A stretch of DNA of 64,000 bases from Candidatus Micrarchaeota archaeon (GTDB lineage Archaea; Micrarchaeota; Micrarchaeia; Norongarragalinales; SBBD01). Every line of letters starts with the position of its first letter. The stretch's first letter is position 1. Location: positions 160,001 to 224,000 of the forward strand of contig JAHJQN010000004.1 in assembly GCA_018819225.1 (NCBI GenBank). Direction: 5' to 3'. A program made the position numbers and the translations under genes. The notes beneath the pieces are model-generated. The model saw nothing but the letters and a program-made list of their open reading frames with translations. It did not search any database and had not been told where the DNA came from. Shown here piece by piece: positions 1 through 8,752 of the stretch.

Positions 1-2
1 TC

Positions 3-350
3 CAAAGATACAATCCTCGTAAACCCGACTTTTGGGACCAACTTTACGACTTCCTCGGTGAAAGACAACGATGGGCGCAATACGCGCGCTTGATTACGCG
101 AAATTTGAACGCCGACGAGCATTCCGTGGAATGGCACGATACGCACGAACACGCCGTTTCCGTTATAGCTGCACCCAAACATGTCGCGAATATCCGAGAA
201 ATTTTTAAGCGAGCCGGCTTCGACGTGGATAGCCGCGAAACCCGTCAAGGCGCGCAACTGACCTTAACCCCCCGAGAATCCTTGAAAGAACTGCTTCACC
301 CCCGCGAAATGAGCAAGCTGCGCAAAGAATACGGTCAGCGACCTATTTGA
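3..350 (+). CDS. Hypothetical protein, 5'-partial
   Basis: The frame of ORF 90..350 stays open back to nt 3 (QRYNPRKPDFWDQ...), so the gene probably starts before the window. Confidence 0.55.
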   Translation, partial: QRYNPRKPDFWDQLYDFLGERQRWAQYARLITRNLNADEHSVEWHDTHEHAVSVIAAPKHVANIREIFKRAGFDVDSRETRQGAQLTLTPRESLKELLHPREMSKLRKEYGQRPI

Positions 351-438
351 ATCGCGCTTCACTGGAACTCGACTCTCTCTTTCCCGTTATTAACGCAGCC
401 TCTCCAGCAAGAAAGCGGCTGCAGCTGAGAGGGGGATC

Positions 439-711
439 ATGGGAAGAAGCATTCCGTCGGTTACCTACCGCGTAGAGAACAAGCGACGCGACTGGGAATT
501 ATTTCGGAAGGCCTTGCCGCCCCACGAACAAGAAGCGTTCGAGGAACTCTTGACCGTTATACGCAACCGCCGCACCGCCATTGATGCAGCGGAAGAACCC
601 GATATTGCGGTGGCGATGCTGCTCGCCATAGTAACCCACTTGCAAGGTGCACTGCATGTTCGAACCCGCCCGGCTACCCAACAAAAAAGGCTTGACCACG
701 GGACGCAATGA
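439..711 (+). CDS. Small alpha-helical PolB2-associated protein (arCOG07300-like)
   Basis: MGRSIPS...W..FRKAL...EQEAFEELL pattern; first gene of the radA-like/polB2 operon; purine-rich SD upstream. Confidence 0.8.
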   Translation: MGRSIPSVTYRVENKRRDWELFRKALPPHEQEAFEELLTVIRNRRTAIDAAEEPDIAVAMLLAIVTHLQGALHVRTRPATQQKRLDHGTQ

Positions 712-1336
712 CTTGGATTCACTGCTTGCCTTGCCGGACGGACTGTTCACGCTGCGCTGCCGGAGCACCTCCTGGCTTTTTTGGATGGCAAGCACGCTGA
801 TTGCACGAAACACCGAGCCCGGTTTCCGCATACTGTACTTGCAGTGGGTCGATTACCACGACCGCTACTGGAGCATCGACTACGATTTGTTGATTCGCCT
901 CGCGAAACGCGCGCAAACCGATCCCCAACTCATGCTCGACAATACGATTATCATGCGCGTGTTCTCGCGCGACGGCGTGGAAGAAGAAGAGAACTGGAAA
1001 CAATTGTTTGCGCTGAACGGACCGTTCCGTTTCATCATACTGGATTCCATCAACGGCTTGTACAGCAAGTTCAAGCGCGAGGTAAACGCGAAGCCCATGG
1101 GATACAGCATCGGAAGATTCTCGCAGTTGTGCATGGAAAAACGTTGTGCGGGAATAGTGCTCGACGATTCTTCGGCGCCATTGCACCCGTATCTCGGCGA
1201 GCTTTCCTCCGTCATATTGCAATTCACGCACAAGGGCGCGTGGTTCGCGCACTTGCAGAAGCACCCGCTGCAACCAGAGATCGAGAAAGAGATCGCGTTC
1301 CGCGCGCAGCGGACACTGGCGAGGTGGCTCGCGTGA
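656..1336 (+). CDS. Inactivated RadA/RecA-like ATPase (PolB2 partner)
   Basis: TTGRNDLDSLL matches the RecA-family N-terminal motif; Walker B FIILDS present; Walker A lost; ATG 656 after AAGGTG; stop overlaps polB2 start (GTGA). Confidence 0.75.
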   Translation: MFEPARLPNKKGLTTGRNDLDSLLALPDGLFTLRCRSTSWLFWMASTLIARNTEPGFRILYLQWVDYHDRYWSIDYDLLIRLAKRAQTDPQLMLDNTIIMRVFSRDGVEEEENWKQLFALNGPFRFIILDSINGLYSKFKREVNAKPMGYSIGRFSQLCMEKRCAGIVLDDSSAPLHPYLGELSSVILQFTHKGAWFAHLQKHPLQPEIEKEIAFRAQRTLARWLA

Positions 1337-3420
1337 AATTCAATGCATGGCTTTTAGATGTAAGCGTGCACGGAAGTGAAGCGATCCTCGCCATCAAAAC
1401 GAATGAAGGAGAGCGCGTGGAAGTACGGGACGCGTTCTATCCCTATTTCTACGTGATCCTGAAAGGAAACGCAGAAGAAATCGCGTGGTACGTTTCGCAG
1501 CACCCGCACGTGGCACGCGTCACGGAAGAACAAAAGTACGCGCAGGTATTGAGGCAGGAAAAAGAGCCCGTGCTGAAAGTCGAAGTGGAGTCCACGCGAT
1601 ATTTTCAGCGCGTGATCATCGATGTGAAAAAGGTTCCGGGAGTTGCGGAACTCGCGGAAACACGCATGCCCAACTACTTGAAGTACTGTTTTGAAAAACG
1701 CCTCACGTTCTTCTCGTTTTACGAATGGGAGTGCACGGAAAACCGGCGACTGAAACGCATTCAAAACATTCCGCAAACGCGCTTTCCGTCCCTGAATACC
1801 GCGTACCTGCAAGGCGGTGAAACGGGGGTGCTGCAGACCCCACACGAAGCGATTTTATTGCAACCCGAAGCGCTCGAAGCGATGTTGCGCGAAAAGAACG
1901 TGGACGTGTTGTTTACGTTGAATGGAGACGCGTTCCTCAAACCATTTTCCAAAACGCATGCGTTTCATGGCGTTCAGCTGAAGCACGGCATTCACATCGA
2001 CTTGCAGAAGGATTTGGGCATTGACATCTACGCGGAAGGAGAAGGAGCGCGTCTGACGCCTGAAAACGTGCTCGCGTTCGGGACGGCGCGATTGGAACGC
2101 ATCATGGAGCTCTCGCAGACCGCTTGCGCGAAAGCAGCCATTGTCTCGCGCGTGTCGCCAGGCAGATTGAACACGTACCTGCACATGATGGCCGCCAAGC
2201 GCAAAGACTACTTGATTCCGGATTCCAAAAAGCTCGTGGAACGGCCTAAAACGCTGCGCCTGCTCAAATCATTGGATAAAGGCGGCACCATCTTTTACCC
2301 CGAGCCGGGAGTCTACGAAAACGTGGCCAAATTCGATTTCTCGAGCATGTACCCCAGCATCATCGTGAACTACAACATCAGCCCCGAAACCCTGCACTGC
2401 GATAATGCCTCGCAATTTCTAATAGTGCCGGAAGCGCTTTGGAGGATTCGCACGGACGCGCAAGGCATTATCCCGCAAGGCATTCAACACGTGCTCGAGA
2501 AGCGCTTACTATTGAAAAAAATGGCGAAAACGGAAAAGGATTCCAGGTTGCGTGAAGCGTATACCACGCGACAAAAAGCCTTGAAAAATATTTTGGTCAC
2601 GTGTTTCGGATACTTGGGTTTCAACAACTTCGTGTTCTCTAACGTGGAATGCAAGGAGTGCGTCATATTGTTCGGACGCGTCATCCTTCAACGCGCGAAA
2701 GACATTGCGGAATCCATGCACCTGAAAATCGTTTACGGCATCGTGGACAGTCTCTTCATTACGGGAGGAAGCGACGCGCAATACGCGGCGTACCAGAAAC
2801 GCGTCAGCGAGGAAATCGGCATCGAACTCGACCTCGAAGGCATTTTTCAGCGCATCGTGTTTCCTTCCGCGAAAGACGCGAGCGGAACGGCCAACAAATA
2901 CTACGGTATCACGCGCGACGGAAAACTGGAGGCGCGCGGAATCAAGTGGAGGCACTCGGATGCGTGCGTACTCGTCAAACGCTTCCAATACCAAGCGATG
3001 ATGCACTTGCTAAACGAGCCGTGGGAAACCGCTCGCAAGAACGCGGAGAAGTTGTTGAAAGAGTATTCGCGCACACGTTGGCCGTTACCGGATTACGCCG
3101 TGCATATGGCGCTGCGCAAGCCCTTGCAAGAATACCGGGCAAATGCGGCGCACGTGCGCGCAGCCAAGCAATTGAAAGAAGAAGCGCTGAGCATTGCGTT
3201 TGTACATACCGTACACGGACCCCTACCGCTCGTGCGGGCGAAAGCAGAGGAAATCGATCGGGAGAAGTACGCGTACTTGTTGCAGCAAAGCTTGGAGGAA
3301 CTTATTCGCGTTCCGTTGGCTTTCGTTGCGAACGTCCCGTCGGTGGCGCTTGAGGTAACGCCTCGTAACGAGGGTCCAAGGAACGCTGGAGGAAATAAAC
3401 AACGCCTCTATAAGGACTGA
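1333..3420 (+). CDS. polB2: Family B DNA polymerase, PolB2 group
   Basis: Motif A DFSSMYPSII, motif B KALKNILVTCFGY, motif C YGIVDS (PolB2-type replacement of YGDTDS), NKYYG; degenerate exonuclease; GTG start overlaps upstream stop (the 781 start of the ORF track is a frame extension). Confidence 0.9.
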   Translation: MKFNAWLLDVSVHGSEAILAIKTNEGERVEVRDAFYPYFYVILKGNAEEIAWYVSQHPHVARVTEEQKYAQVLRQEKEPVLKVEVESTRYFQRVIIDVKKVPGVAELAETRMPNYLKYCFEKRLTFFSFYEWECTENRRLKRIQNIPQTRFPSLNTAYLQGGETGVLQTPHEAILLQPEALEAMLREKNVDVLFTLNGDAFLKPFSKTHAFHGVQLKHGIHIDLQKDLGIDIYAEGEGARLTPENVLAFGTARLERIMELSQTACAKAAIVSRVSPGRLNTYLHMMAAKRKDYLIPDSKKLVERPKTLRLLKSLDKGGTIFYPEPGVYENVAKFDFSSMYPSIIVNYNISPETLHCDNASQFLIVPEALWRIRTDAQGIIPQGIQHVLEKRLLLKKMAKTEKDSRLREAYTTRQKALKNILVTCFGYLGFNNFVFSNVECKECVILFGRVILQRAKDIAESMHLKIVYGIVDSLFITGGSDAQYAAYQKRVSEEIGIELDLEGIFQRIVFPSAKDASGTANKYYGITRDGKLEARGIKWRHSDACVLVKRFQYQAMMHLLNEPWETARKNAEKLLKEYSRTRWPLPDYAVHMALRKPLQEYRANAAHVRAAKQLKEEALSIAFVHTVHGPLPLVRAKAEEIDREKYAYLLQQSLEELIRVPLAFVANVPSVALEVTPRNEGPRNAGGNKQRLYKD

Positions 3421-3946
3421 GTAAAGCGCGAAACGCGTTCTTGCGAGCCAACGTAATATCATGAATTTGTACTTGACCATGTTTCGATCCCATGCGTGTA
3501 AAAATGACTTTTTTTGCAGGCTCCCCGGATGGCTGTTCAGGAGAACGCACCACTCTCAACTCCTTTAAGTCTAATAGATCTTTTGCCTTGACTTTAGAGA
3601 GTTTACCCGATGCAAAGCGGTGAAGTATGTTTAATGTTCGAAAACGAGATAACCCCCGGTCTAGGTCAGCAAGATTCACCGTAAAATGCTTGCTAAAATG
3701 AATATCCGGATCAAACCCTAGTTGATCTCGTTCTTTTTTTGGCATCGCATCCATTTCCTTGCGAATCGCTCTTCCGAATCGCCTGATTTGACGCATCGAT
3801 TGTAAACTGCGCAATGAAGAGAGTGGTTCTTCGCTAAAACGAGCGTACGGACTTGACATGCTACCGAGATGAGGTTTTAATAACGAAAAAGCCGCCTGGT
3901 GACGTTCTAAAAGTTCTTGGATCCGCGGGCTCTTCTGCAACATCAT
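3302..3946 (-). CDS. Hypothetical protein
   Basis: 214-aa ORF with ATG and upstream AT-rich promoter-like tract; 3' end overlaps the polB2 tail by 119 nt. Confidence 0.45.
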   Translation of the reverse strand: MMLQKSPRIQELLERHQAAFSLLKPHLGSMSSPYARFSEEPLSSLRSLQSMRQIRRFGRAIRKEMDAMPKKERDQLGFDPDIHFSKHFTVNLADLDRGLSRFRTLNILHRFASGKLSKVKAKDLLDLKELRVVRSPEQPSGEPAKKVIFTRMGSKHGQVQIHDITLARKNAFRALLSPYRGVVYFLQRSLDPRYEALPQAPPTGRSQRKPTERE

Positions 3947-4072
3947 AAGCGTTCACTGACCATACTGAAAATCAGTAATTAAATGCCTTACCATACGCGT
4001 AAAAGGATACACGAATAGTTATATAGTGGGATTTTCATAACGCAAATAATGCAGTGAGCGAGATGATAGGCG

Positions 4073-4309
4073 ATCAACTTCACCCAACGCAAGAAGAAAC
4101 GCTTAGCCTGCAGACTCGATGCTAAAAACCGCTTGGTTCTACCGCTGGAGATCCGTTTGCAACTCGACATCGTGAGCGGTGAGTTCGTGTTTCTAGAACC
4201 CATTGAAAACAATAACGGGGTTTTAGTGCGTTTGGAATCCCGAAAATCTATGAAGGGATACCGAAGGGTATCAAAAAACAATTGGGAGGTGAATGAAAAT
4301 GGAAAGTAA
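4073..4309 (+). CDS. AbrB/MazE/SpoVT-type DNA-binding protein (no canonical start codon)
   Basis: Manual translation INFTQRKKKRLACRLDAKNRLVLPLEIRLQLDIVSGEFVFLEPI...GVLVRL*; LDxKxRLVLPxEIRxxLxI is the AbrB-fold pattern; absent from the ORF track. Confidence 0.6.
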   Translation: MNFTQRKKKRLACRLDAKNRLVLPLEIRLQLDIVSGEFVFLEPIENNNGVLVRLESRKSMKGYRRVSKNNWEVNENGK

Positions 4310-4422
4310 ATCGACGGAAAAAGGAGGTTCGCTTCACGAAAGCCATTCTACGAATTCAACGTGAGATCCCCGCCGGCGATTCTATTGCCAACGTACAGCA
4401 AGGATCGCTATCTCAAGGATTC

Positions 4423-5463
4423 TTGCAAGAAAAACTGAAACCGTTAAGTGATATTGAGCGGGAGTATATAGCGGAACAATTTCAAAGCGTTTTTCAAAGA
4501 TGGCGAGCCATTGAACGCATCGTGGTACCCAATATCTCTGAATTTGTCGAGGTGTTGTTAAAAAAAGATCCAGTAGTGTACAAGGGGGTGAGTTACAATC
4601 CGTTGATTGGTACTCTTGGAGAAAACGTGAACCTCGTTGATTTCTTTGGATGGGCCAAAGCATCGGAAATGAAGTCCGTGATACTCAACGCGTCGGTTTA
4701 TGCAATCATCAACGAATCGCAAACTTCGCCCGTTGAACGATTCAGTGAAAACGCTGGAAAGGAAGCTATTGACTTCATGAGAGAACAGTTGAAATCATTT
4801 CCAACCATTGAGCAGATATCGAACAAGCGGGATAACTACTTGAGAGCTATTGCGCTCTCGTTGTTTCCACCCAGCGAACAACCCATGGTGGTCGATTCAA
4901 GGAATATGTTCCAAAGTCGGAGGTATCCGGAATGCCTGCAGGAAGCCATTTCTTTTTGCGCGGAAAATCCGAAAAACGGCGAGGTTATCCAATTCAAGAA
5001 ATACGCGAACTATATTCGTTATAATACCCCGTATCAGCGTTGGTATAGCGCGTTCGTATTAGCAGAAGCCCTTTACTTGTATAGAGCGTTTGGGGTCAAT
5101 ATCAAGTTGGGGCCGACCACGGAATCCAATTTTGACTCGTTGATACGCGATTTCATGAAACAGAAAGGCATCCCATACGGATTCGTTTGGTACGACCGAA
5201 GCATTGAGAAGCAAGTGCCGTACACGAATGCATTAACGTTCGATGATGGGCTGGATGCCATATCGCAGAAAATGAGCAATGAAACGGTGCGTCAGTGGGT
5301 GTACGAGCTCGTTCAACCCTTTGAGCAGTTTCAAAGTCTCGACATTCAAACCGCAATCGAAATGCTGATTGCGACCGTTCGGGAGAATAGCTTGAAACCC
5401 ATTCCCAAGCTGAACGCTGAAGGCGAGTGGTTTCTTACGTTTCCCCCTGGAGCCTGCGATTAA
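4423..5463 (+). CDS. Hypothetical protein, possibly HUP/class I aaRS-like (CDPS-like); start uncertain
   Basis: 346-aa ORF; frame open from 4297; GVSYN and FVLAEA segments loosely resemble CDPS motifs. Confidence 0.6.
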   Translation: MQEKLKPLSDIEREYIAEQFQSVFQRWRAIERIVVPNISEFVEVLLKKDPVVYKGVSYNPLIGTLGENVNLVDFFGWAKASEMKSVILNASVYAIINESQTSPVERFSENAGKEAIDFMREQLKSFPTIEQISNKRDNYLRAIALSLFPPSEQPMVVDSRNMFQSRRYPECLQEAISFCAENPKNGEVIQFKKYANYIRYNTPYQRWYSAFVLAEALYLYRAFGVNIKLGPTTESNFDSLIRDFMKQKGIPYGFVWYDRSIEKQVPYTNALTFDDGLDAISQKMSNETVRQWVYELVQPFEQFQSLDIQTAIEMLIATVRENSLKPIPKLNAEGEWFLTFPPGACD

Positions 5464-5516
5464 CTTCTAAGCATTGCTAGGGGTGGACTAAGAACCGTTA
5501 TCGTTCGAGGGTCGAC

Positions 5517-5783
5517 TTAAAACTTTTTGTGCTTCTGGAAGCAGTCACGGCAGTATACCGGACGACCTTCCGTAGGCTCAAAAGGTACATCGCACTCCTT
5601 TCCGCAGTCAGAACACACGGCTTTGTGCATGGTACGTGGTCCTCGGAATCCACCGCCACCACCACCGAAGCGTCCGCCGCCACCACGTCCGCCGCCGAAA
5701 TCTCGGTCGCCGCGACCGCCACTTCCATGCTTGTCAAAGTGACCGCCTCCGCTTCCACCATGTCGTTTCTTGCTGTATCCCAT
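5517..5783 (-). CDS. Gly-rich CxxC-x17-CxxC zinc-ribbon protein
   Basis: RGG-rich N-terminus then MHKAVCSDCGKECDVPFEPTEGRPVYCRDCF. Confidence 0.9.
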   Translation of the reverse strand: MGYSKKRHGGSGGGHFDKHGSGGRGDRDFGGGRGGGGRFGGGGGGFRGPRTMHKAVCSDCGKECDVPFEPTEGRPVYCRDCFQKHKKF

Positions 5784-5944
5784 TTATTTATCCACCATAT
5801 TGTGCAGTACGCATCTGAATGCCGTTAAAACTAATTGAGTCCATTAGCAGAACCAGCCACAGCTGCATACGATAAATCTAAAATATGCAGATATCGGTAT
5901 TTAAATGCGCGCATTGAGACCCATTTACGTCCACAAAGAAGGCA

Positions 5945-6436
5945 TTATTTGATGAGAGCTATGTCTTCTGCCAAGCTCTCCAAATCCTCTTCGTGCTCCA
6001 CTTCATCTTCCAGGATCTTGCGGATCATGTGAAACGTGATCGGGTCGTTTCCGAGCTTGACTTTCTCAAGTATTTGGTGGTAAATGGCTATGGCGCAACG
6101 CTCGCCTTGAATATTCTGCTTAAGAATCTTCAGCACATGAGGATCCGACGGCGCGGCATACCCGCAAGCACTCGCTTTCTTGATTTCATCAGGGGAGAGA
6201 AGCGGTTGCCCTCCCAATTGAATAATGCGTTCCGCCAGCATATCCGCGTGCTTCAATTCGTCGTTAGCATGTTCAATGAGTTCTTTCTGCACATCAGGTC
6301 TCATGGGACCTTTCACGATCTTGGAACCCACCCAGTACTGATAATAAGCCAGCCATTCATCCGCCAACGCTTTATTCAGCATTTCAATGAGTTCGGTCAC
6401 GTTCATTTTGACGATTTTAGTTCCCGTGCTTCCCAT
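5945..6436 (-). CDS. Ferritin-like/Dps-like (DPSL) protein
   Basis: LNKALADEWLAYYQYW, EHANDELKHA, GERCAI, EDEVEHE di-iron motifs. Confidence 0.9.
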   Translation of the reverse strand: MGSTGTKIVKMNVTELIEMLNKALADEWLAYYQYWVGSKIVKGPMRPDVQKELIEHANDELKHADMLAERIIQLGGQPLLSPDEIKKASACGYAAPSDPHVLKILKQNIQGERCAIAIYHQILEKVKLGNDPITFHMIRKILEDEVEHEEDLESLAEDIALIK

Positions 6437-6551
6437 GCGATTCACCCGAATAGCTGACAGCATTTCTCTTTATAAAATGAATGAACAAATCCAGCGAAAA
6501 AAACGGTTTATATAGGACTAGACAATACCGAAGGTATTAGAGGCGAATGGA

Positions 6552-7349
6552 ATGAGAAAAAAGACCGGGGCGTTTAACCATCCCTATTTCGACTTGCAAG
6601 CCGAATGGGGGATTACAAAACACTTCAACGGAATCACGTCCTCAGAAGAACTGGTTCGTTTCTGCCGCATCAACCGTTATTCATACGTTTTGGACGTGGG
6701 TTGCGGCGTAGGAATCAGCACGTGCCGGATCGCAAAAAAGCATCGCTGTCGCATGGTCGGAGTCGATATTTCAAAACGCATGGTGGAACGCGCGCAAGAA
6801 CGCGCCATCGAAACCGGAATCGATGATCTCGCAACATTCCGGGAGGCAAATGCAGCGAAACTGCCCTTCAAAAATAATTCATTCGACGCGGTGATCGCGG
6901 AATCCGTAACCGCGTTCACGAAAAACAAGCAAAAAACCTTGAAGGAATACGCGCGCGTCGTGAAAAAAGGGGGGTATGTTGGAATCGTGGAAAGCACGTG
7001 GCTTCAACCACCTAAACCAGAAATTGAAAACTATTTAGTGCGTACAATGGGTTCGCTGCATCCGGCATACGAATCGGAATGGAAATCGTGGTTTAAGGGG
7101 GCGGAATTGACCCTGGTTGAGTCGCGCGTCGTAAAAATGGAGGTTTTGAAACAAGGTTTCGCGGAATGGCAATTGGCCGGACTACTCGTGTTTTTCCGAT
7201 CCATGTACCGAATGATCAAGTTGTGTGCGACCCGTCCGGAATACCGTAAAGCGACCATTCAACTGATTAAGGAAGCCAAACGCGCCCCGAAAGGCCTAAC
7301 GGACACGTTCGGGTACGGAGTATACGTGGGGAAAAAGAAGATGAAATGA
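6552..7349 (+). CDS. Class I SAM-dependent methyltransferase
   Basis: VLDVGCGVG, VGVDIS, LPFKNNSFDAV, RVVKKGG. Confidence 0.9.
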   Translation: MRKKTGAFNHPYFDLQAEWGITKHFNGITSSEELVRFCRINRYSYVLDVGCGVGISTCRIAKKHRCRMVGVDISKRMVERAQERAIETGIDDLATFREANAAKLPFKNNSFDAVIAESVTAFTKNKQKTLKEYARVVKKGGYVGIVESTWLQPPKPEIENYLVRTMGSLHPAYESEWKSWFKGAELTLVESRVVKMEVLKQGFAEWQLAGLLVFFRSMYRMIKLCATRPEYRKATIQLIKEAKRAPKGLTDTFGYGVYVGKKKMK

Positions 7350-7712
7350 ATCCGTTCATTCGTTCGTCAAGGAACCCCGCCGTTCCTTAACGATTCTGCC
7401 GTTTCCCAACCGAAAAGCATTGGAAAACGCGGATGCTCAATGAGTCATATCGAGCGCGCAACGATTGAGGAGGCGTTCATCAATAATATTATTAATCAGT
7501 TTTTGGGAGGCTCGTCTTTCCCGCTCGGCGAAGGAGTGATAGCCCCGGATGTCGATCCGGTGCACTCACGGTACGGATTCGTCTGTCCATCGTTATTTTG
7601 GATGATCATTTCGATGCGCCTGAGCTCGGCAATCCCGGCGGAAACGCTCCAGACCGCGCGCGCAATTCCAACAAATTTTTTTCGATGAAATCCTGGAGAG
7701 GATTCAGGTCCG

Positions 7713-7884
7713 TTAGTCCTTCCCGGAAAGGAATGCGATCAGCGCCTCGTCCAAGTCGGTTCCCTCCAGCATGTTCGTTCCATGTCCAGCGCCTTCATAG
7801 TCCCTCCACACTTTGTATCCTTGGAACTGTTCATACAAATGTCTGGAAGACGCATACGCGTATCCATCCTCCTTGCTGGCGTCA
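7713..7884 (-). pseudogene. C-terminal remnant of an alpha/beta hydrolase
   Basis: ASKEDGYA...YEGAGHGTNML carries the catalytic Asp/His region; no GxSxG or N-terminal part. Confidence 0.55.
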
Positions 7885-8166
7885 ATAGGTTTTTTGGCAG
7901 CCATATATTTCACGTTCTTGCTCTGGAGCGAGACTAAGCGAGAACGCTATTGGGCGTCCTTCATGATGGCCGTGCTTTCTATGGGCGTCAGGGAATGGAT
8001 CGCGATTCCGGTTGAATTGCATTGGCTTTCTCGCGAAACCGGGTTATTGATTCAAGAAATAGCCGCCATTGTGGCCGCCCTGACCATTGCCTATGCGGCC
8101 TACGGACTATACTATTCCATGAAGCGGATTCGAGAACGAATGGGTTCGGTTCCCAAAAGGCGGTAA
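7872..8166 (+). pseudogene. Three-TM membrane protein, probably 5'-truncated
   Basis: Hydrophobic helices begin at LLASIGFLAAIYF; the upstream part of the ORF is antisense hydrolase sequence; no convincing start. Confidence 0.5.
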
Positions 8167-8170
8167 GGCC

Positions 8171-8434
8171 TTGAAATCCGTACTGTTTTATTGGAGCAAG
8201 GGTGCAGAATCGCGTCGCCGCATTATCCTCCTCATGTTAAAATGCGAGCAGAAGAACCAACCTTGTTTCGTTAGCGCGCTTTCGAGGAAACTGAAACTGA
8301 GCCACGTTGCGATTCTGCGGCATTTGGATCTGATGGAAGAGGACGGCTATGTCGAGGTTCTGAATCCAGGGGGAAAACCCGCCTTTCTAGCGTTGACGGA
8401 AACGGGAAAGACTGTCGCTAATGAATTTTCGTGA
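8171..8434 (+). CDS. Winged-helix (ArsR-like) transcriptional regulator
   Basis: VSALSRKLKLSHVAILRHLDLMEEDGYV HTH; TTG start. Confidence 0.8.
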   Translation: MKSVLFYWSKGAESRRRIILLMLKCEQKNQPCFVSALSRKLKLSHVAILRHLDLMEEDGYVEVLNPGGKPAFLALTETGKTVANEFS

Positions 8435-8457
8435 GCCATTCCAAACAAAAGTTGTCA

Positions 8458-8718
8458 TTACTGAGGCAACCGATTCCAGATCCAGGCAAAAAGGCCTCCT
8501 GCAACCAGGCCGCAAATAAATGCGCCAAAGATCCCCAATAGCGCCATCACCGGATCAAATGGCGTCACTAATAACTCGTACGAGAGAAAGTGTATCCTTG
8601 ACAGGCTATCGGCCACGCCTTGACCCGATCCTACCGCAACAAGAGTTACCCATACGGCATGCATCAATGCGAAAAGCAAGCCTAACGTCAGGCCTGCCCG
8701 CTTTACTTCAAACTCCAT
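8458..8718 (-). CDS. Small two-TM membrane protein downstream of copA
   Basis: LGLLFALMHAVW...IHFL...GGLFAWIWN; GAGGTGA SD. Confidence 0.75.
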   Translation of the reverse strand: MEFEVKRAGLTLGLLFALMHAVWVTLVAVGSGQGVADSLSRIHFLSYELLVTPFDPVMALLGIFGAFICGLVAGGLFAWIWNRLPQ

Positions 8719-8752
8719 CTGGATCACCTCACAATTCGCTGCTTGAAATAAT

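Noticed and set aside
395-432. Alternative hairpins that could mask the SD of the PolB2 operon
   Set aside because: The TATA-like TTATTAA at 387-393 would put the TSS near 417, so the 5' arms are probably not transcribed
781-1332. N-terminal 184 aa of the 879-aa ORF as an extra PolB domain
   Set aside because: It overlaps the RadA-like gene in another frame and is Arg/His-rich shadow sequence; the PolB-like sequence starts at GTG 1333
7350-7712. ORFs 7440..7688 and 7598..7888
   Set aside because: No recognisable motifs or SD; likely degraded intergenic DNA
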